DNA of 41,941 nucleotides from Clostridiaceae bacterium (GTDB taxonomy: Bacteria; Bacillota; Clostridia; CAYPLH01; DUMO01). The position numbers and the translations under genes are program-made. Every line of letters begins with the position of its first letter. The first letter of the stretch is position 1. Location: the NCBI GenBank assembly GCA_012839865.1, contig DUMO01000012.1, forward strand, positions 1 through 41,941, given 5' to 3'. The notes beneath the pieces were generated by a model. The model was not told the origin of the DNA. It worked only from the letters and a program-made list of their open reading frames with translations, and searched no databases. Positions 17,904 through 27,684 of the stretch are shown here, piece by piece.

Positions 17904-17930
17904 TACGATTGAGCAGGCAAAAACGTTTTG
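17904..17930 (-). promoter_or_regulatory. Candidate autoregulatory ECF promoter
   Basis: CAAAAC-N17-CGTA just upstream of the sigma RBS, similar to the SigW/M-type AAC...CGT signature. Confidence 0.45.
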
Positions 17931-18151
17931 TGATTTATATAGATTTTCTGAAAAATAATTTTCTGTAAAAATTAATTAACCGGATTCGTATTTTTTATAA
18001 TTTCAATTCTTCCTGTATATAGGTTTGATGTGGTAGAACATGAATATGTTCCTTGGAAAATTTTGATAGAACCGAATCTGAACAGTTGCAACAAGAGAAG
18101 TCTTTGTTGTTTGACCAGGATAGCTCCCTCTGTTATTTAAATCTTGCACAA

Positions 18152-18189
18152 TTAAAGGGACAACACTCTAATGTATGTTGTCCCTTTAA
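18152..18189. terminator. Terminator hairpin downstream of the CofE-like gene
   Basis: Perfect 14-bp inverted repeat TTAAAGGGACAACA/TGTTGTCCCTTTAA with a 10-nt loop. Confidence 0.7.
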
Positions 18190-18267
18190 AACATCAAGCT
18201 TTATCTTATCCACATGGATATCAAGTTGATTTAGGAGGGTTCATGCACTGCCAGCGCCTGGCAGGAT

Positions 18268-19458
18268 TTAATCCGCATAATTATCAAAATAACCCTGGAT
18301 ATACACAACAGGTGTACCTTTATCACCGCTGCCTGATACAAGGTCGCAAAGTGAGCCCACAAGGTCGGTTATGCGCCTTGGGGTCGTTCCCTGGGACTCC
18401 ATCGTTCCGAATAAATTATCGGATTTATTTTTAATATACTCAGAAATAGCGGCTTTTAGTTCTTCACCTTTTAGATGCGGGAAATAGTTATCTGCAAGAT
18501 ATTTTATTTTAACCTCATTGGGAGTGCCCTCAAGTCCTTTTGTATATGCCGGTGAAACTACAGGGTCGGCCAGCTCCCAGATATGTCTTGCCGGGTCCTT
18601 AAAGGCACCGTCGCCATATATCAGGACTTCAATTTTCCTGCCTGTTTTTTCTGCCAGCCTCTTCTGAATTTCATCAACATAAATCTGGCAATCCCGCGGG
18701 AAAAGCTTGACAGATTCCTCTGTGGATTTATTCGAACCTAAAAGACCATATTGCTCGTTATATCCGCTGCCATCCACAGGTGCATTAAGAATTTCATCCA
18801 AACCATACACGGTTTTTGCGCCACAGTTTTTCAATAAACGCTTTGTTCTGAACCGCGAGTGAATGTCACAGGCCAAAACACTGTCTGTATAATCCAATAT
18901 TGTCTTTGGTTGATTTGAGAAAATTATTTCACATTCTGCACCGCAATCTTCAATGATGGACCTGTAATAAGCGACATAATCAACGCCGGTAAAACCGTGT
19001 TTTCTTTCACCGAACATTTCTCTATATTGAGCTTCCGTCAATATGTCAGTCCATGGATTAATCCCTTTTTCATCAAGGTCATCCAATGATATGAGGCTGT
19101 TTCCGACTTCATCCGACGGGTAGCTTAACATCAGCACAATTTTCTTTACACCCCTGGCAATGCCTTTAAGGCAAATTGCAAAACGGTTCCTGCTTAGAAT
19201 CGGAAAAATAACTCCAAGGGTGCCATTGCCGAATTTGTTCTGAACATCCCTTGCAATAGCGTCAATGGAAGCATAATTGCCCTGTGCCCTGGCAACAACG
19301 GACTCTGTAACTGCCACAATATCCTTGTCCCTGAGGCTGTAGCCTTCCTGCCTGGAAGCGTTGACAACCGCATCCACAACCAGGTCAACAAGGTTGTCAC
19401 CTTGATTAATTATAGGCATACGCAAACCGCGTGCAACGGTTCCGATAACTCTTGTCAT
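18268..19458 (-). CDS. Coenzyme F420-0:L-glutamate ligase (CofE)-family protein, clostridial type
   Basis: N-terminal PIINQGD...DIVAVTESVVARAQG and C-terminal DLVGSLCDLVSGSGDKGTPVVYIQG match CofE-fold motifs; RBS GGAGG. Confidence 0.75.
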   Translation of the reverse strand: MTRVIGTVARGLRMPIINQGDNLVDLVVDAVVNASRQEGYSLRDKDIVAVTESVVARAQGNYASIDAIARDVQNKFGNGTLGVIFPILSRNRFAICLKGIARGVKKIVLMLSYPSDEVGNSLISLDDLDEKGINPWTDILTEAQYREMFGERKHGFTGVDYVAYYRSIIEDCGAECEIIFSNQPKTILDYTDSVLACDIHSRFRTKRLLKNCGAKTVYGLDEILNAPVDGSGYNEQYGLLGSNKSTEESVKLFPRDCQIYVDEIQKRLAEKTGRKIEVLIYGDGAFKDPARHIWELADPVVSPAYTKGLEGTPNEVKIKYLADNYFPHLKGEELKAAISEYIKNKSDNLFGTMESQGTTPRRITDLVGSLCDLVSGSGDKGTPVVYIQGYFDNYAD

Positions 19459-19568
19459 GATAAGAAACCTCCGCCTATTTTATTTTTTCACCTTCTGCTT
19501 GTATGATACATCAATATATGTTATAAGTAAAATAAATAATTAAAATAATGGGTATAAGGAGAGCTTAT

Positions 19569-20453
19569 ATGTTACTAAAGCTGGATTTGTACAGGATATT
19601 TTGTGAAGTTGCTTCCTGCAGAAGCTTTTCCAAAGCAGCAAAAGCATTATTCATGACGCAGCCGGCGGTAAGCCAGAGCATCAGCCAGTTGGAAAATATA
19701 TTGGGAACCAGGCTCTTCACAAGGACTCCCAAGGGAGTCACCCTTACCCGGGAAGGGCAACTTGTATACGAATATGCCCGATCTGCAATTAATTTTCTGG
19801 AAACCGGCGAGGAGAAACTGAAGGAGATACAGGGGCTTATCACAGGGGAACTGCGGATAGGAGTCAGCGACACTACAGCCAAGTTCTTCCTTGTACCATA
19901 CCTGGATCAGTTTCACAAACTATATTCAAATATCAAGCTGAACATAATCAACGGAACCTCTGTTGAGCTTTGTGAACTGCTTAAAGCTGGTCATATCGAC
20001 CTTGCCATATGCAATCTGCCTGTTGAAGACCCGGCAATTCATTCGATACCCTGTATGACGGTCCATGATATATTTGTAGCCGGAACTGCATACAAGGATA
20101 AAATAACACACCCTTTGTCATTGGAAGAGTTAACCCAACTGCCCCTTATCTTTCTGGAGCAAAAATCCAACTCCAGGCGTTATGTGGAACGATTCTTCCT
20201 TGGCAAAGGCATCCGACTCAATCCTGAAATAGAACTAGGCTCCCATGACCTTTTGATATTGCTGGCGAAAATCAATCTGGGCATTTCCTGCGTGATAAAA
20301 GAATACACACAAGCTGAAATAGAAACCGGGACATTATTTGAAGTACCCCTGAAAGAACAAATTCCTGACCGCAGCATCGGACTTTGCTACCTTAAGCGGG
20401 TTTTAATGTCTCCAAGTGCCCAAAAATTCTCCTCCCTGATTTTGAATCCATGA
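19569..20453 (+). CDS. LysR-family transcriptional regulator
   Basis: HTH SFSKAAKALFMTQPAVSQSISQLE and LFTRTPKGVTLT; substrate-binding domain; divergent from the CofE-like gene. Start set at ATG 19569 (RBS AGGAG). Confidence 0.95.
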   Translation: MLLKLDLYRIFCEVASCRSFSKAAKALFMTQPAVSQSISQLENILGTRLFTRTPKGVTLTREGQLVYEYARSAINFLETGEEKLKEIQGLITGELRIGVSDTTAKFFLVPYLDQFHKLYSNIKLNIINGTSVELCELLKAGHIDLAICNLPVEDPAIHSIPCMTVHDIFVAGTAYKDKITHPLSLEELTQLPLIFLEQKSNSRRYVERFFLGKGIRLNPEIELGSHDLLILLAKINLGISCVIKEYTQAEIETGTLFEVPLKEQIPDRSIGLCYLKRVLMSPSAQKFSSLILNP

Positions 20454-20611
20454 GGCAAAAGGCAAAAACTCAGGTTTATTGTTAACTGTTTTTTGCCGGT
20501 CATAAATAAATTAAGCAGTGCGTGCAGATTATAAAAAAGAATGCCCGTAATCTGATTTCACACTGCTAAATTTATGTCTGTTTGCAAATCCTCTTTCTAT
20601 GCAATTATTAT

Positions 20612-22228
20612 TTACCAGGCCGTCTTCTTAACCGTAATCACACGGTCATAAAGCTCCTTAGTATCATTAAAAATGACATGGCTTACATTGACAACAGTTA
20701 TATCATCCAATCCCAATATGGTTTTTTCAATTTCCCTGGCTCGTTCCATATCCAGTGAAGCAAAAGCTTCATCCATAAACAGGATGCTCGCCTTGCTCAG
20801 CAGCGCCCGGGCAATAACAATTCTGCTTCTCTCCCCTCCGGAGATGTTCTTTCCGTTGTCATATATCATAGTATCAAGCCCATTGGGCTGCTCCTTTATA
20901 AAGTCGTCCAATCCAGCCGCTTCTATTGCCCGGTTGATTTCCTCTTCGGAGTAATCCTTGTATAAGGTTATATTGTTCCTGATGGTATCTTCAAATATGA
21001 AAACCTGCTGTTCTATATTGGCTATAAGCTTATAATACTGTTCCCTTTTAACATCCATCAAATTGTAGCCGTCGATGAGAATTTCCCCGGCAGTGGGACT
21101 AAAGTATTTTCGTAAAAGTCTGAGCAGCGTAGATTTTCCACCACCGCTGGGCCCCACAATAAGGTATTTCCCATTCCTTTTAAAATTCAGATTAATATCC
21201 TCCAATATCAACTGCTCGCCATCTTCATATTGAAACCCGACATTCCGGAATTCAATTTCTTGACGAAATTCAGGCAAATCAACAGTTTCCGGATGGGTAT
21301 TGGAATTTTCCAGAGTTTTCTCTATCTTTTTAATTAAATCTGCAGTAGTAAATAACTTCGGCAAGCTTTCACTCACGGTATACAAAGGAAACATCATCCT
21401 CTGAATCCCTTCAACAATCAGCAGCAAGCCTCCCGTTGTAACTTTCCCCACTACAGCCAGATAACCGACTCCGCAGATCACCCCATAGAGGGACCCTACT
21501 ATCAGAAAATTTTGAGAACTATGTATAAACGACAGCATCAAGTCGATTAAATAACCCTTCTTCTGAATTTCTTCACTTTTATGATAGTAATCTTCGGTAA
21601 CCTTTTTCTGCAGGTTATAGTTCTTTACAATATGGAATGCAGACAGAACCTCCTTGATATATGAGGTATAGTTGTCAAACAAGTCACTGCGTTCCTTGAA
21701 TGCTTTCTGGCTCGGTTTTGTAGTCAACATTGAAATCACAAGGTTTATTGCAATAATCACCAAAGCCAGCCAAATCATTCTCGAGTCAACCGTAGTCAGA
21801 AGCCATATGCCAACAAGGAAATTTGCTATTCCTTCAAACACCAGGAATATACTGTGAATGAGGTTTAACTCCAGGGTGTTGAAATCATTGGTCAGGGCAG
21901 ACAAATATTTTGCGTTGTTTTCCTTTTGAAATTCAGCAATATTTTTCTGAAATACTTTTGTTATGTAGTATTTCTTGAGTGTAATATTGGCATTTTTTCT
22001 ATAATAATTTTTTATAACAGTATCAAGTACTCCAACGGGCACCAAAAGCGCAGCCATAATTATTACACCCGGAGCCTCTTGTTTCATCAGGTCCATCTGG
22101 CCGGCCAACACAAGATCCAACAACTTCATCATGTGTATGGTCACATAGCCGAAAAATATGGAGTATAGTGACGTAACAATAATTGCCAGAAGCAAATGCG
22201 GGAGAACTTTTATGTATTTTTTCAGCAT
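20612..22228 (-). CDS. ABC exporter, fused TMD+NBD (subunit 2 of a probable heterodimer)
   Basis: N-terminal TM helices, Walker A GPSGGGKS, signature ISGGE, Walker B LFMDEA. Confidence 0.92.
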   Translation of the reverse strand: MLKKYIKVLPHLLLAIIVTSLYSIFFGYVTIHMMKLLDLVLAGQMDLMKQEAPGVIIMAALLVPVGVLDTVIKNYYRKNANITLKKYYITKVFQKNIAEFQKENNAKYLSALTNDFNTLELNLIHSIFLVFEGIANFLVGIWLLTTVDSRMIWLALVIIAINLVISMLTTKPSQKAFKERSDLFDNYTSYIKEVLSAFHIVKNYNLQKKVTEDYYHKSEEIQKKGYLIDLMLSFIHSSQNFLIVGSLYGVICGVGYLAVVGKVTTGGLLLIVEGIQRMMFPLYTVSESLPKLFTTADLIKKIEKTLENSNTHPETVDLPEFRQEIEFRNVGFQYEDGEQLILEDINLNFKRNGKYLIVGPSGGGKSTLLRLLRKYFSPTAGEILIDGYNLMDVKREQYYKLIANIEQQVFIFEDTIRNNITLYKDYSEEEINRAIEAAGLDDFIKEQPNGLDTMIYDNGKNISGGERSRIVIARALLSKASILFMDEAFASLDMERAREIEKTILGLDDITVVNVSHVIFNDTKELYDRVITVKKTAW

Positions 22229-23871
22229 GTTATCACCTCATTAAAATAATCGCAGGCCGGATAGCAATTAACCTCCCCGTTTTTCAATTCAATTACATAG
22301 TCATAGTTCTCGGTAACTCCTTCATAATACCGGTGGCTTATTGCAATTACCGTATTATCCAACTCCAGAAAAACTTTTTCTATTTCCTTCCCCAGCTCTT
22401 CATTCAAATTGGAAGTGCCTTCATCCACAAACAGAATCTCTGCATTTTTGGCAATTGCCCTCGCAATTGAAATTCTTTGACGCTGGCCACCGGATAAGTT
22501 TTTCCCGTTTTCCGCCAGTCTTTCATTCAAACCTTCTTTTCTTTCCTCAAGGAGCGCGTCCAGACCTGATACTTTCGCTGCGTAGGTAATTTGCTCCTCA
22601 GGAATGTCCCTGTATAAAGTGATATTGTTCTTTATGGTGTCCTCAAACAAAAATACATCCTGATAGATAAACGCAACCTTGTCATAAAATGATTTTTCCT
22701 CTATTTCCCTGTAATCAACTCCATCAACCTTTATTGAACCATCAAAGTCATCATAAACCATGGCCAGCAAGTTCATCAAAGTAGTCTTGCCTGCCCCGCT
22801 GACTCCCTTTATCAAGTATTTTCTCCCTTTCTCTATGACAAAGGATGCATCCTTTATTATCTGCTTGCTGCCAAAAGAAAAGTTCAGGTTGGACACCTCA
22901 ATCTGTTTCTCAAATTTGAAGGGTTGGTTTCCCCTCCCTATTTTAACTTCATATTCTTCAGGCTTGGCAATTTTATTATAAATAGTGACAGAAGCCTTCA
23001 TTTGATTCCACATGGGAAAAGCTTCAATCAAATAAGAGCTCATGGAACTGCAAAGCTGAAATATGAAGCCAACCATGCCAAGGGAAAGCCCTCCCTGCAT
23101 TTTTGTCCCAAGGTATACCATAACTATTACTGAAACAGCAAAAGCAAAAACGTGAATTACATTCCTCTGCATCTCTGTGAAAACATTTGCTGCAAACTTT
23201 TTCTTTTCCAAACGACTTATTGAACCCAAACTCTTGACCAGAAATTTATCTTCAATATTGTTCAGCTTCAAAATCTCCAACCCGGAAAAGGTATTGGCCA
23301 TATCAGTTGTGAACGTCTCATTGGAAGTTGAAACCTCCTGCTCCAACGAAATTGTCTTCCCGGAAAAGAATCTGGCCAGGAAAAACAACAGAATGGAAAA
23401 TACAAACATGCCGGCAGCCAGTTTGTAATCCAAAACAATGAGAATTATAAACGAAATCAGGAACATCCCGATATTTATCAGGAAATTCAGCAAACTTATG
23501 AAAAACTTATTTTCAAATGTATTAATATCATTGACCAGGTTGGATATGTAAACTTCCTTGGATTTCTGCGAATACTGCTTGAAGGGCATGTTGATAATCT
23601 TGTCAAAAGCCTGTTTTCTTACATCCAAAATTGTATCCCTCATGTATCTGATCCGCAGCATTCTTGATATAAGGAAATTCAAAGGTACATATATAACAAA
23701 GATGACGGTTAAAACCACGATATTTTTATAGTAGCTGGCATCCGCCTTCTCAATTGCACCCAGTATCAGGGCAAACATTACCATCTGCGCATAATGTTCA
23801 ATGATAAACATAAAGGTTGCCACAAGATACTGTATAAATTTTGCTTTACGTTTTAACAGAAGCTCCTTCAT
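22222..23871 (-). CDS. ABC exporter, fused TMD+NBD (subunit 1 of a probable heterodimer)
   Basis: TM helices, GVSGAGKT, LSGGQ, LFVDEG, ISHR; overlaps the next gene's start. Confidence 0.92.
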   Translation of the reverse strand: MKELLLKRKAKFIQYLVATFMFIIEHYAQMVMFALILGAIEKADASYYKNIVVLTVIFVIYVPLNFLISRMLRIRYMRDTILDVRKQAFDKIINMPFKQYSQKSKEVYISNLVNDINTFENKFFISLLNFLINIGMFLISFIILIVLDYKLAAGMFVFSILLFFLARFFSGKTISLEQEVSTSNETFTTDMANTFSGLEILKLNNIEDKFLVKSLGSISRLEKKKFAANVFTEMQRNVIHVFAFAVSVIVMVYLGTKMQGGLSLGMVGFIFQLCSSMSSYLIEAFPMWNQMKASVTIYNKIAKPEEYEVKIGRGNQPFKFEKQIEVSNLNFSFGSKQIIKDASFVIEKGRKYLIKGVSGAGKTTLMNLLAMVYDDFDGSIKVDGVDYREIEEKSFYDKVAFIYQDVFLFEDTIKNNITLYRDIPEEQITYAAKVSGLDALLEERKEGLNERLAENGKNLSGGQRQRISIARAIAKNAEILFVDEGTSNLNEELGKEIEKVFLELDNTVIAISHRYYEGVTENYDYVIELKNGEVNCYPACDYFNEVITC

Positions 23872-23948
23872 AACTACCTCACTTGTGAATATTTATAATT
23901 TTTAACCAACCTGCTATTTCAAACAAGTTACCCTGATTGCATGTCTAA

Positions 23949-24016
23949 TGCAATCCAAGCCAACCGCAGCGCAAGGTTATTGTTCCAATAACATGCGCTC
24001 CGGTGCTTGCATTGCA
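23949..24016. other. 68-nt rod-like imperfect hairpin in the predicted 5' leader of the ABC exporter pair
   Basis: Stacked helices TGCAAT/ATTGCA, CAAGC/GCTTG, ACCG/CGGT, AGCGCA/TGCGCT and GTTATTG/CAATAAC (28 bp) with a 3-nt loop. Confidence 0.6.
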
Positions 24017-24077
24017 ATAAAGATTTGCCAATACATTTTTGACAATCGGGTTTATCATTTTATATATGCATGTATAT

Positions 24078-24106
24078 ATTTTACTTTCTAATCTAGTACT
24101 TGCCAA
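24078..24106 (-). promoter_or_regulatory. Sigma-A promoter candidate for the exporter pair
   Basis: TTGGCA-N17-TAAAAT, implying a leader of about 200 nt. Confidence 0.5.
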
Positions 24107-24163
24107 CTGCAAATTGGCGATAAATTAATGTTGCACCGGCTGGTACGGGATTACCGCTATTAT

Positions 24164-24273
24164 GTGACGTGCTCCCGCCGCCTAAGAGGCGGGGGCTTCC
24201 TGGGACTTACCAGCCATTGCCGGTATCATTACCAGGCTATCCCGTTCGCCCAACGGTTCTGAATTTTACTATG
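24164..24273 (-). mobile_element. IS200/IS605-family remnant: tnpB 3' tail/omegaRNA scaffold and right end, no ORF
   Basis: Minus strand reads AGAACCGTTGGGCGAACGGGATAGCCTGGTAA...CCCAGGAAGCCCCCGCCTCTTAGGCGGCGGGAGCACGTCAC. This has the subterminal hairpin and terminal TCAC typical of Firmicute tnpB elements. The left boundary is uncertain. Confidence 0.75.
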
Positions 24274-24331
24274 TTAAAATAGCTTTTTTCGATTGCCGTA
24301 ATGCCTTTATTCCCCTGGAATCTGTCAGCTG

Positions 24332-25501
24332 TCAGTTTTCAATATAATTTTTCCTTTTTCCAATGGCCAGTGCGACTGCAAAAAATGCCAGTCCAAAACC
24401 TGCAACTATCATTAAATCCGAAAATATTGGCTGCAGATGACGGTAGTCAAACTGCGTGAGCTTCGCTATTGCATTATTTGCCTTCACATACCAATATGCG
24501 GGCGTAAAACTGGCAATTTTCAAAATTGAACCGCTCAGAAGTTCCTGTGGTACAAATACACCGCTGATAAAGCTTGAGCCAAGTCCTATGGTGTTGCAGA
24601 CGGCGTATACTGCATTCTGGCTTTTTATAAGATTACCAATCAGAAAACTGATACTTGCACAGCAAAACGAATATATAAATGAGCTTATAATGAAATATAC
24701 TGTATATGCGTTCAAACTGTTTTTATAATTAAAGATGAAACTCATGACAACCAATATTGCCCAGGAAGCAAATGTAAAAAACAGGTTTGCCAGAATAAAC
24801 TGAAGATTAATGCTGCCAGGGATTACAGGGGCGCAACTGTTTCTCATTTTCAGGTTCCGGTCGTTAAAAACAATCATTAACATGCTCATTCCAAGAATTA
24901 TTACTGAAATTAATGTATAGGCAAAAAAGTTAAAGTAGTTATTGGAATAAGTCGGATAGGTTACTTTTTTACCCGTCGTCGATTTAACTTCTGCATTTGA
25001 GGTTTTTGATAAATCCTCCTTCAAATACTGAACCAGCAATTCCTGGCTGATCCCGTCAATGTTTTTAATATAGAGCCTGGCTGTGTTGAAATACTGATTT
25101 ATGAACAAATCAATGTAAGTGTTGCTTACGGAGTTTGGTACCGTTGATTTATCAATTTTCACATCCGCCCCCTTCATAAATTCTTCTGTAAACCCTGCAG
25201 GAACACGGACAATATATGTTACCTCCCGGAAATAGAGCGCATCCTGCAACTGTGTTTCGTCCAATTCCACAAAATTTACAATTTGCCCAAGGGCTTCCCT
25301 GAATCCATCAATCAATAGGCTGTTATCTTCGCTGATGAATGCAATACTTCTTTTAGCCGGAGTGAAGGATATTTCCTTTTGATATTCTTTGTCAATATCA
25401 GATACCATCAATGCTGTAACAACAGCAGTTAATATAACATAAATCAACATAACCGGTATGTTTTTTCTTATTATCTGCATGCACAGTTTAAATACTTGCA
25501 T
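24332..25501 (-). CDS. ABC-2 type permease (LnrN/YfiN-like)
   Basis: One N-terminal TM, large extracellular domain, C-terminal TM bundle, SGVFVP and FTPAYW motifs. Confidence 0.88.
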   Translation of the reverse strand: MQVFKLCMQIIRKNIPVMLIYVILTAVVTALMVSDIDKEYQKEISFTPAKRSIAFISEDNSLLIDGFREALGQIVNFVELDETQLQDALYFREVTYIVRVPAGFTEEFMKGADVKIDKSTVPNSVSNTYIDLFINQYFNTARLYIKNIDGISQELLVQYLKEDLSKTSNAEVKSTTGKKVTYPTYSNNYFNFFAYTLISVIILGMSMLMIVFNDRNLKMRNSCAPVIPGSINLQFILANLFFTFASWAILVVMSFIFNYKNSLNAYTVYFIISSFIYSFCCASISFLIGNLIKSQNAVYAVCNTIGLGSSFISGVFVPQELLSGSILKIASFTPAYWYVKANNAIAKLTQFDYRHLQPIFSDLMIVAGFGLAFFAVALAIGKRKNYIEN

Positions 25502-26627
25502 ATTTCCGCCTCCTTATAATGAGATAGGTTGCCAGGCAATATATCAAGGCAAACCCTGTAATGGCAGCCATATTTAATGCATACTTTGAGAGAGTATCGT
25601 AATAATGCAGGCAATAAAATGAGTCGGTTAATTTATTCACCGGGTTCATCCAGGATAAAAGGGGAAGCTCGGTGTCCACTTTGTACTTGACGCCTTGATT
25701 CATCATACCTGACAAGAATGAACAAAGCATAGTAAAACAAGTAAAAATAGCTATTTTTACTCCCTCACCTTTTTTGACAAGGGCACTTATCAAGGTCCCG
25801 AAGGAAAGCCCCATGACTGAGCCTACAAAAGCAGTCAGCAGAACATAAATTGTCCTTGTGCCAAAGTCCACTTTCAAAATAAATATTAAATAAGCAAGCA
25901 GGATAAGAACCTCGCAAAAATGGAGCAGGAGAGCTGCGGCAGCACTGGATAAAAAAGCTTTCATCTTATGAACCGGAGCCATGTTTACCCTTGCAGCCAC
26001 AGATGATATGTTTGCCTGGATATCGCTAACTTCCCGCAACCCTAAATAACCACCGTAAAAGCATGCCATTGCAATCACAGTATAATAGAAAATCGTTGTA
26101 GCGTCAGGAGCCACCTTTGAAATTGGCACGTCATTAACAAAACTCTTACGGCTGTTGATGTCGGCTAAAAGCGATTGCATTGCGGAAAGGTTTTCAGCCA
26201 GTATAGATTCCGCCGCCGACTCGGTCTGGATGTAAATATCCAGAAAGCTTTTTATAATACTTTGATTTATACCCAGGTTTTTAACAATCAGTTTTATGGG
26301 CTCTTCCGCAATAATATACCCATAAATTTCATCATCCTTCAGCATTTGTTCCGCCTGCTCCTGTGAGGTGACAGAAAGATTGAAAAGTCTTTCATCACCT
26401 TTGGAAGCACTGTCCAGGGCAAGCATGAAACTTTTATTGTTCCGATATTGCCCATTGTCAACAACAGCAATGTTTATCGGGTTAAATTGCTCATTTTTGG
26501 TCAGATTGGATAAAGACATGAAGAAAAATGAAGCAAGCAATATTGGAAACAGCGCTGTCCAGAATAAATTCTCCCAATCACGCAAAAGGCATTTCAACCT
26601 GTATTTAAAAATATGCCTGAACATCAT
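25488..26627 (-). CDS. ABC-2 type permease (LnrM/YfiM-like)
   Basis: FWTALFPILL, IAVVD and FLSGMM motifs; same topology as the neighbouring permease. Confidence 0.88.
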   Translation of the reverse strand: MMFRHIFKYRLKCLLRDWENLFWTALFPILLASFFFMSLSNLTKNEQFNPINIAVVDNGQYRNNKSFMLALDSASKGDERLFNLSVTSQEQAEQMLKDDEIYGYIIAEEPIKLIVKNLGINQSIIKSFLDIYIQTESAAESILAENLSAMQSLLADINSRKSFVNDVPISKVAPDATTIFYYTVIAMACFYGGYLGLREVSDIQANISSVAARVNMAPVHKMKAFLSSAAAALLLHFCEVLILLAYLIFILKVDFGTRTIYVLLTAFVGSVMGLSFGTLISALVKKGEGVKIAIFTCFTMLCSFLSGMMNQGVKYKVDTELPLLSWMNPVNKLTDSFYCLHYYDTLSKYALNMAAITGFALIYCLATYLIIRRRKYASI

Positions 26628-26636
26628 GAATCCCCC

Positions 26637-27569
26637 CTAATCCCTAAGTTCTTTCCCGGTAATCTCAAGGAAAACGTCATTGAGTGTAGGAAGTTCGGAA
26701 TATATCTTGCCAAACCGGATGTCCTCTTTTTTAACAACATCGAGAATGTTTTCAAGATTATTTCTACCCTTGCTGGATTTAATCACAAGAAGGTTATCCT
26801 TGTAATCAACCGAAATCACATTGGGGAGCCCTTTTATTGCAGAAAGCTGTGTATCTGACAAACCAAAGGTTTCAACGGTGATTTTCTCTCCCATTGTAAT
26901 CATGTCCTTAAGCTGCTCCTTGGTGCCGGTTACGATAGCCCTGCCCTTGTCCAGGATCGTAATCATGCTGCAAATCTGCTCAACTTCCTCCATGTAATGG
27001 GATGTGTATATTACTGTTGCCCCCTGTTCATTAAGCTTCATAATTCCCTCAAGTATTTTGTTCCTGCTCTGAGGGTCAACTGCGACCGTAGGCTCGTCAA
27101 GGATGATTAATTTTGGCTTGTGGGCGATGCCACAGGCGATATTCAGCCTTCTCAGCAAACCACTGCTCAATTTTTTCGGATAGAAATGCGTGTATTCACC
27201 CAGACCTGCAAAATCAATTGCTTCCTTCACAAGTTCTCTTCTCTTGCGCTTATCCGTAATATACAGACCACAAAAATAGTCAATGTTTCCGTATACCGTC
27301 AGCTCGTTGTACACTGCCACGTTTTGCATGACAATGCCGATATCCCGTTTAATATTATAAGCATCAGGGCTCATAGGTTGATTGAATATTTCAATTTCTC
27401 CTTTGTCGTATTTCAGCAGCGACAAGATGCAGTTTATCGCCGTGGTTTTGCCTGAGCCGTTTGGTCCAAGCAAACCAAAAATTTCACCTTCCTTTACCGA
27501 AAGAGACAGGTGATCCAGGGCAACCAGGTTGCCATAGCGTTTTACCAGGTTTCTAACCTTTACTATCAT
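26637..27569 (-). CDS. ABC transporter ATP-binding protein (LnrL/YfiL-like)
   Basis: GPNGSGKT, signature LSSG (variant of LSGG), ILDEP, TSHYMEE. Start set at ATG 27569 (RBS GGAGG). Confidence 0.93.
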   Translation of the reverse strand: MIVKVRNLVKRYGNLVALDHLSLSVKEGEIFGLLGPNGSGKTTAINCILSLLKYDKGEIEIFNQPMSPDAYNIKRDIGIVMQNVAVYNELTVYGNIDYFCGLYITDKRKRRELVKEAIDFAGLGEYTHFYPKKLSSGLLRRLNIACGIAHKPKLIILDEPTVAVDPQSRNKILEGIMKLNEQGATVIYTSHYMEEVEQICSMITILDKGRAIVTGTKEQLKDMITMGEKITVETFGLSDTQLSAIKGLPNVISVDYKDNLLVIKSSKGRNNLENILDVVKKEDIRFGKIYSELPTLNDVFLEITGKELRD

Positions 27570-27661
27570 ATTTATAACCTCCAAAATTATTAGTTCCGAT
27601 TTCATTATCATGATACTATGCCCTTGTTTATGTTGTAAGTGTCGCAAATCACAATCTGAGT

Positions 27662-27673
27662 TGACAAATGTCA
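27662..27673. promoter_or_regulatory. Palindrome TGACA-AA-TGTCA, candidate response-regulator site
   Basis: Perfect inverted repeat about 95 bp upstream of the ABC ATPase start, between the transporter and its divergent two-component system. Confidence 0.5.
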
Positions 27674-27684
27674 TATACCGCGGG

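Noticed and set aside
18268..19458. Evidence of F420 biosynthesis
   Set aside because: No other cof/fbi genes in the window; a fold match does not establish the substrate.
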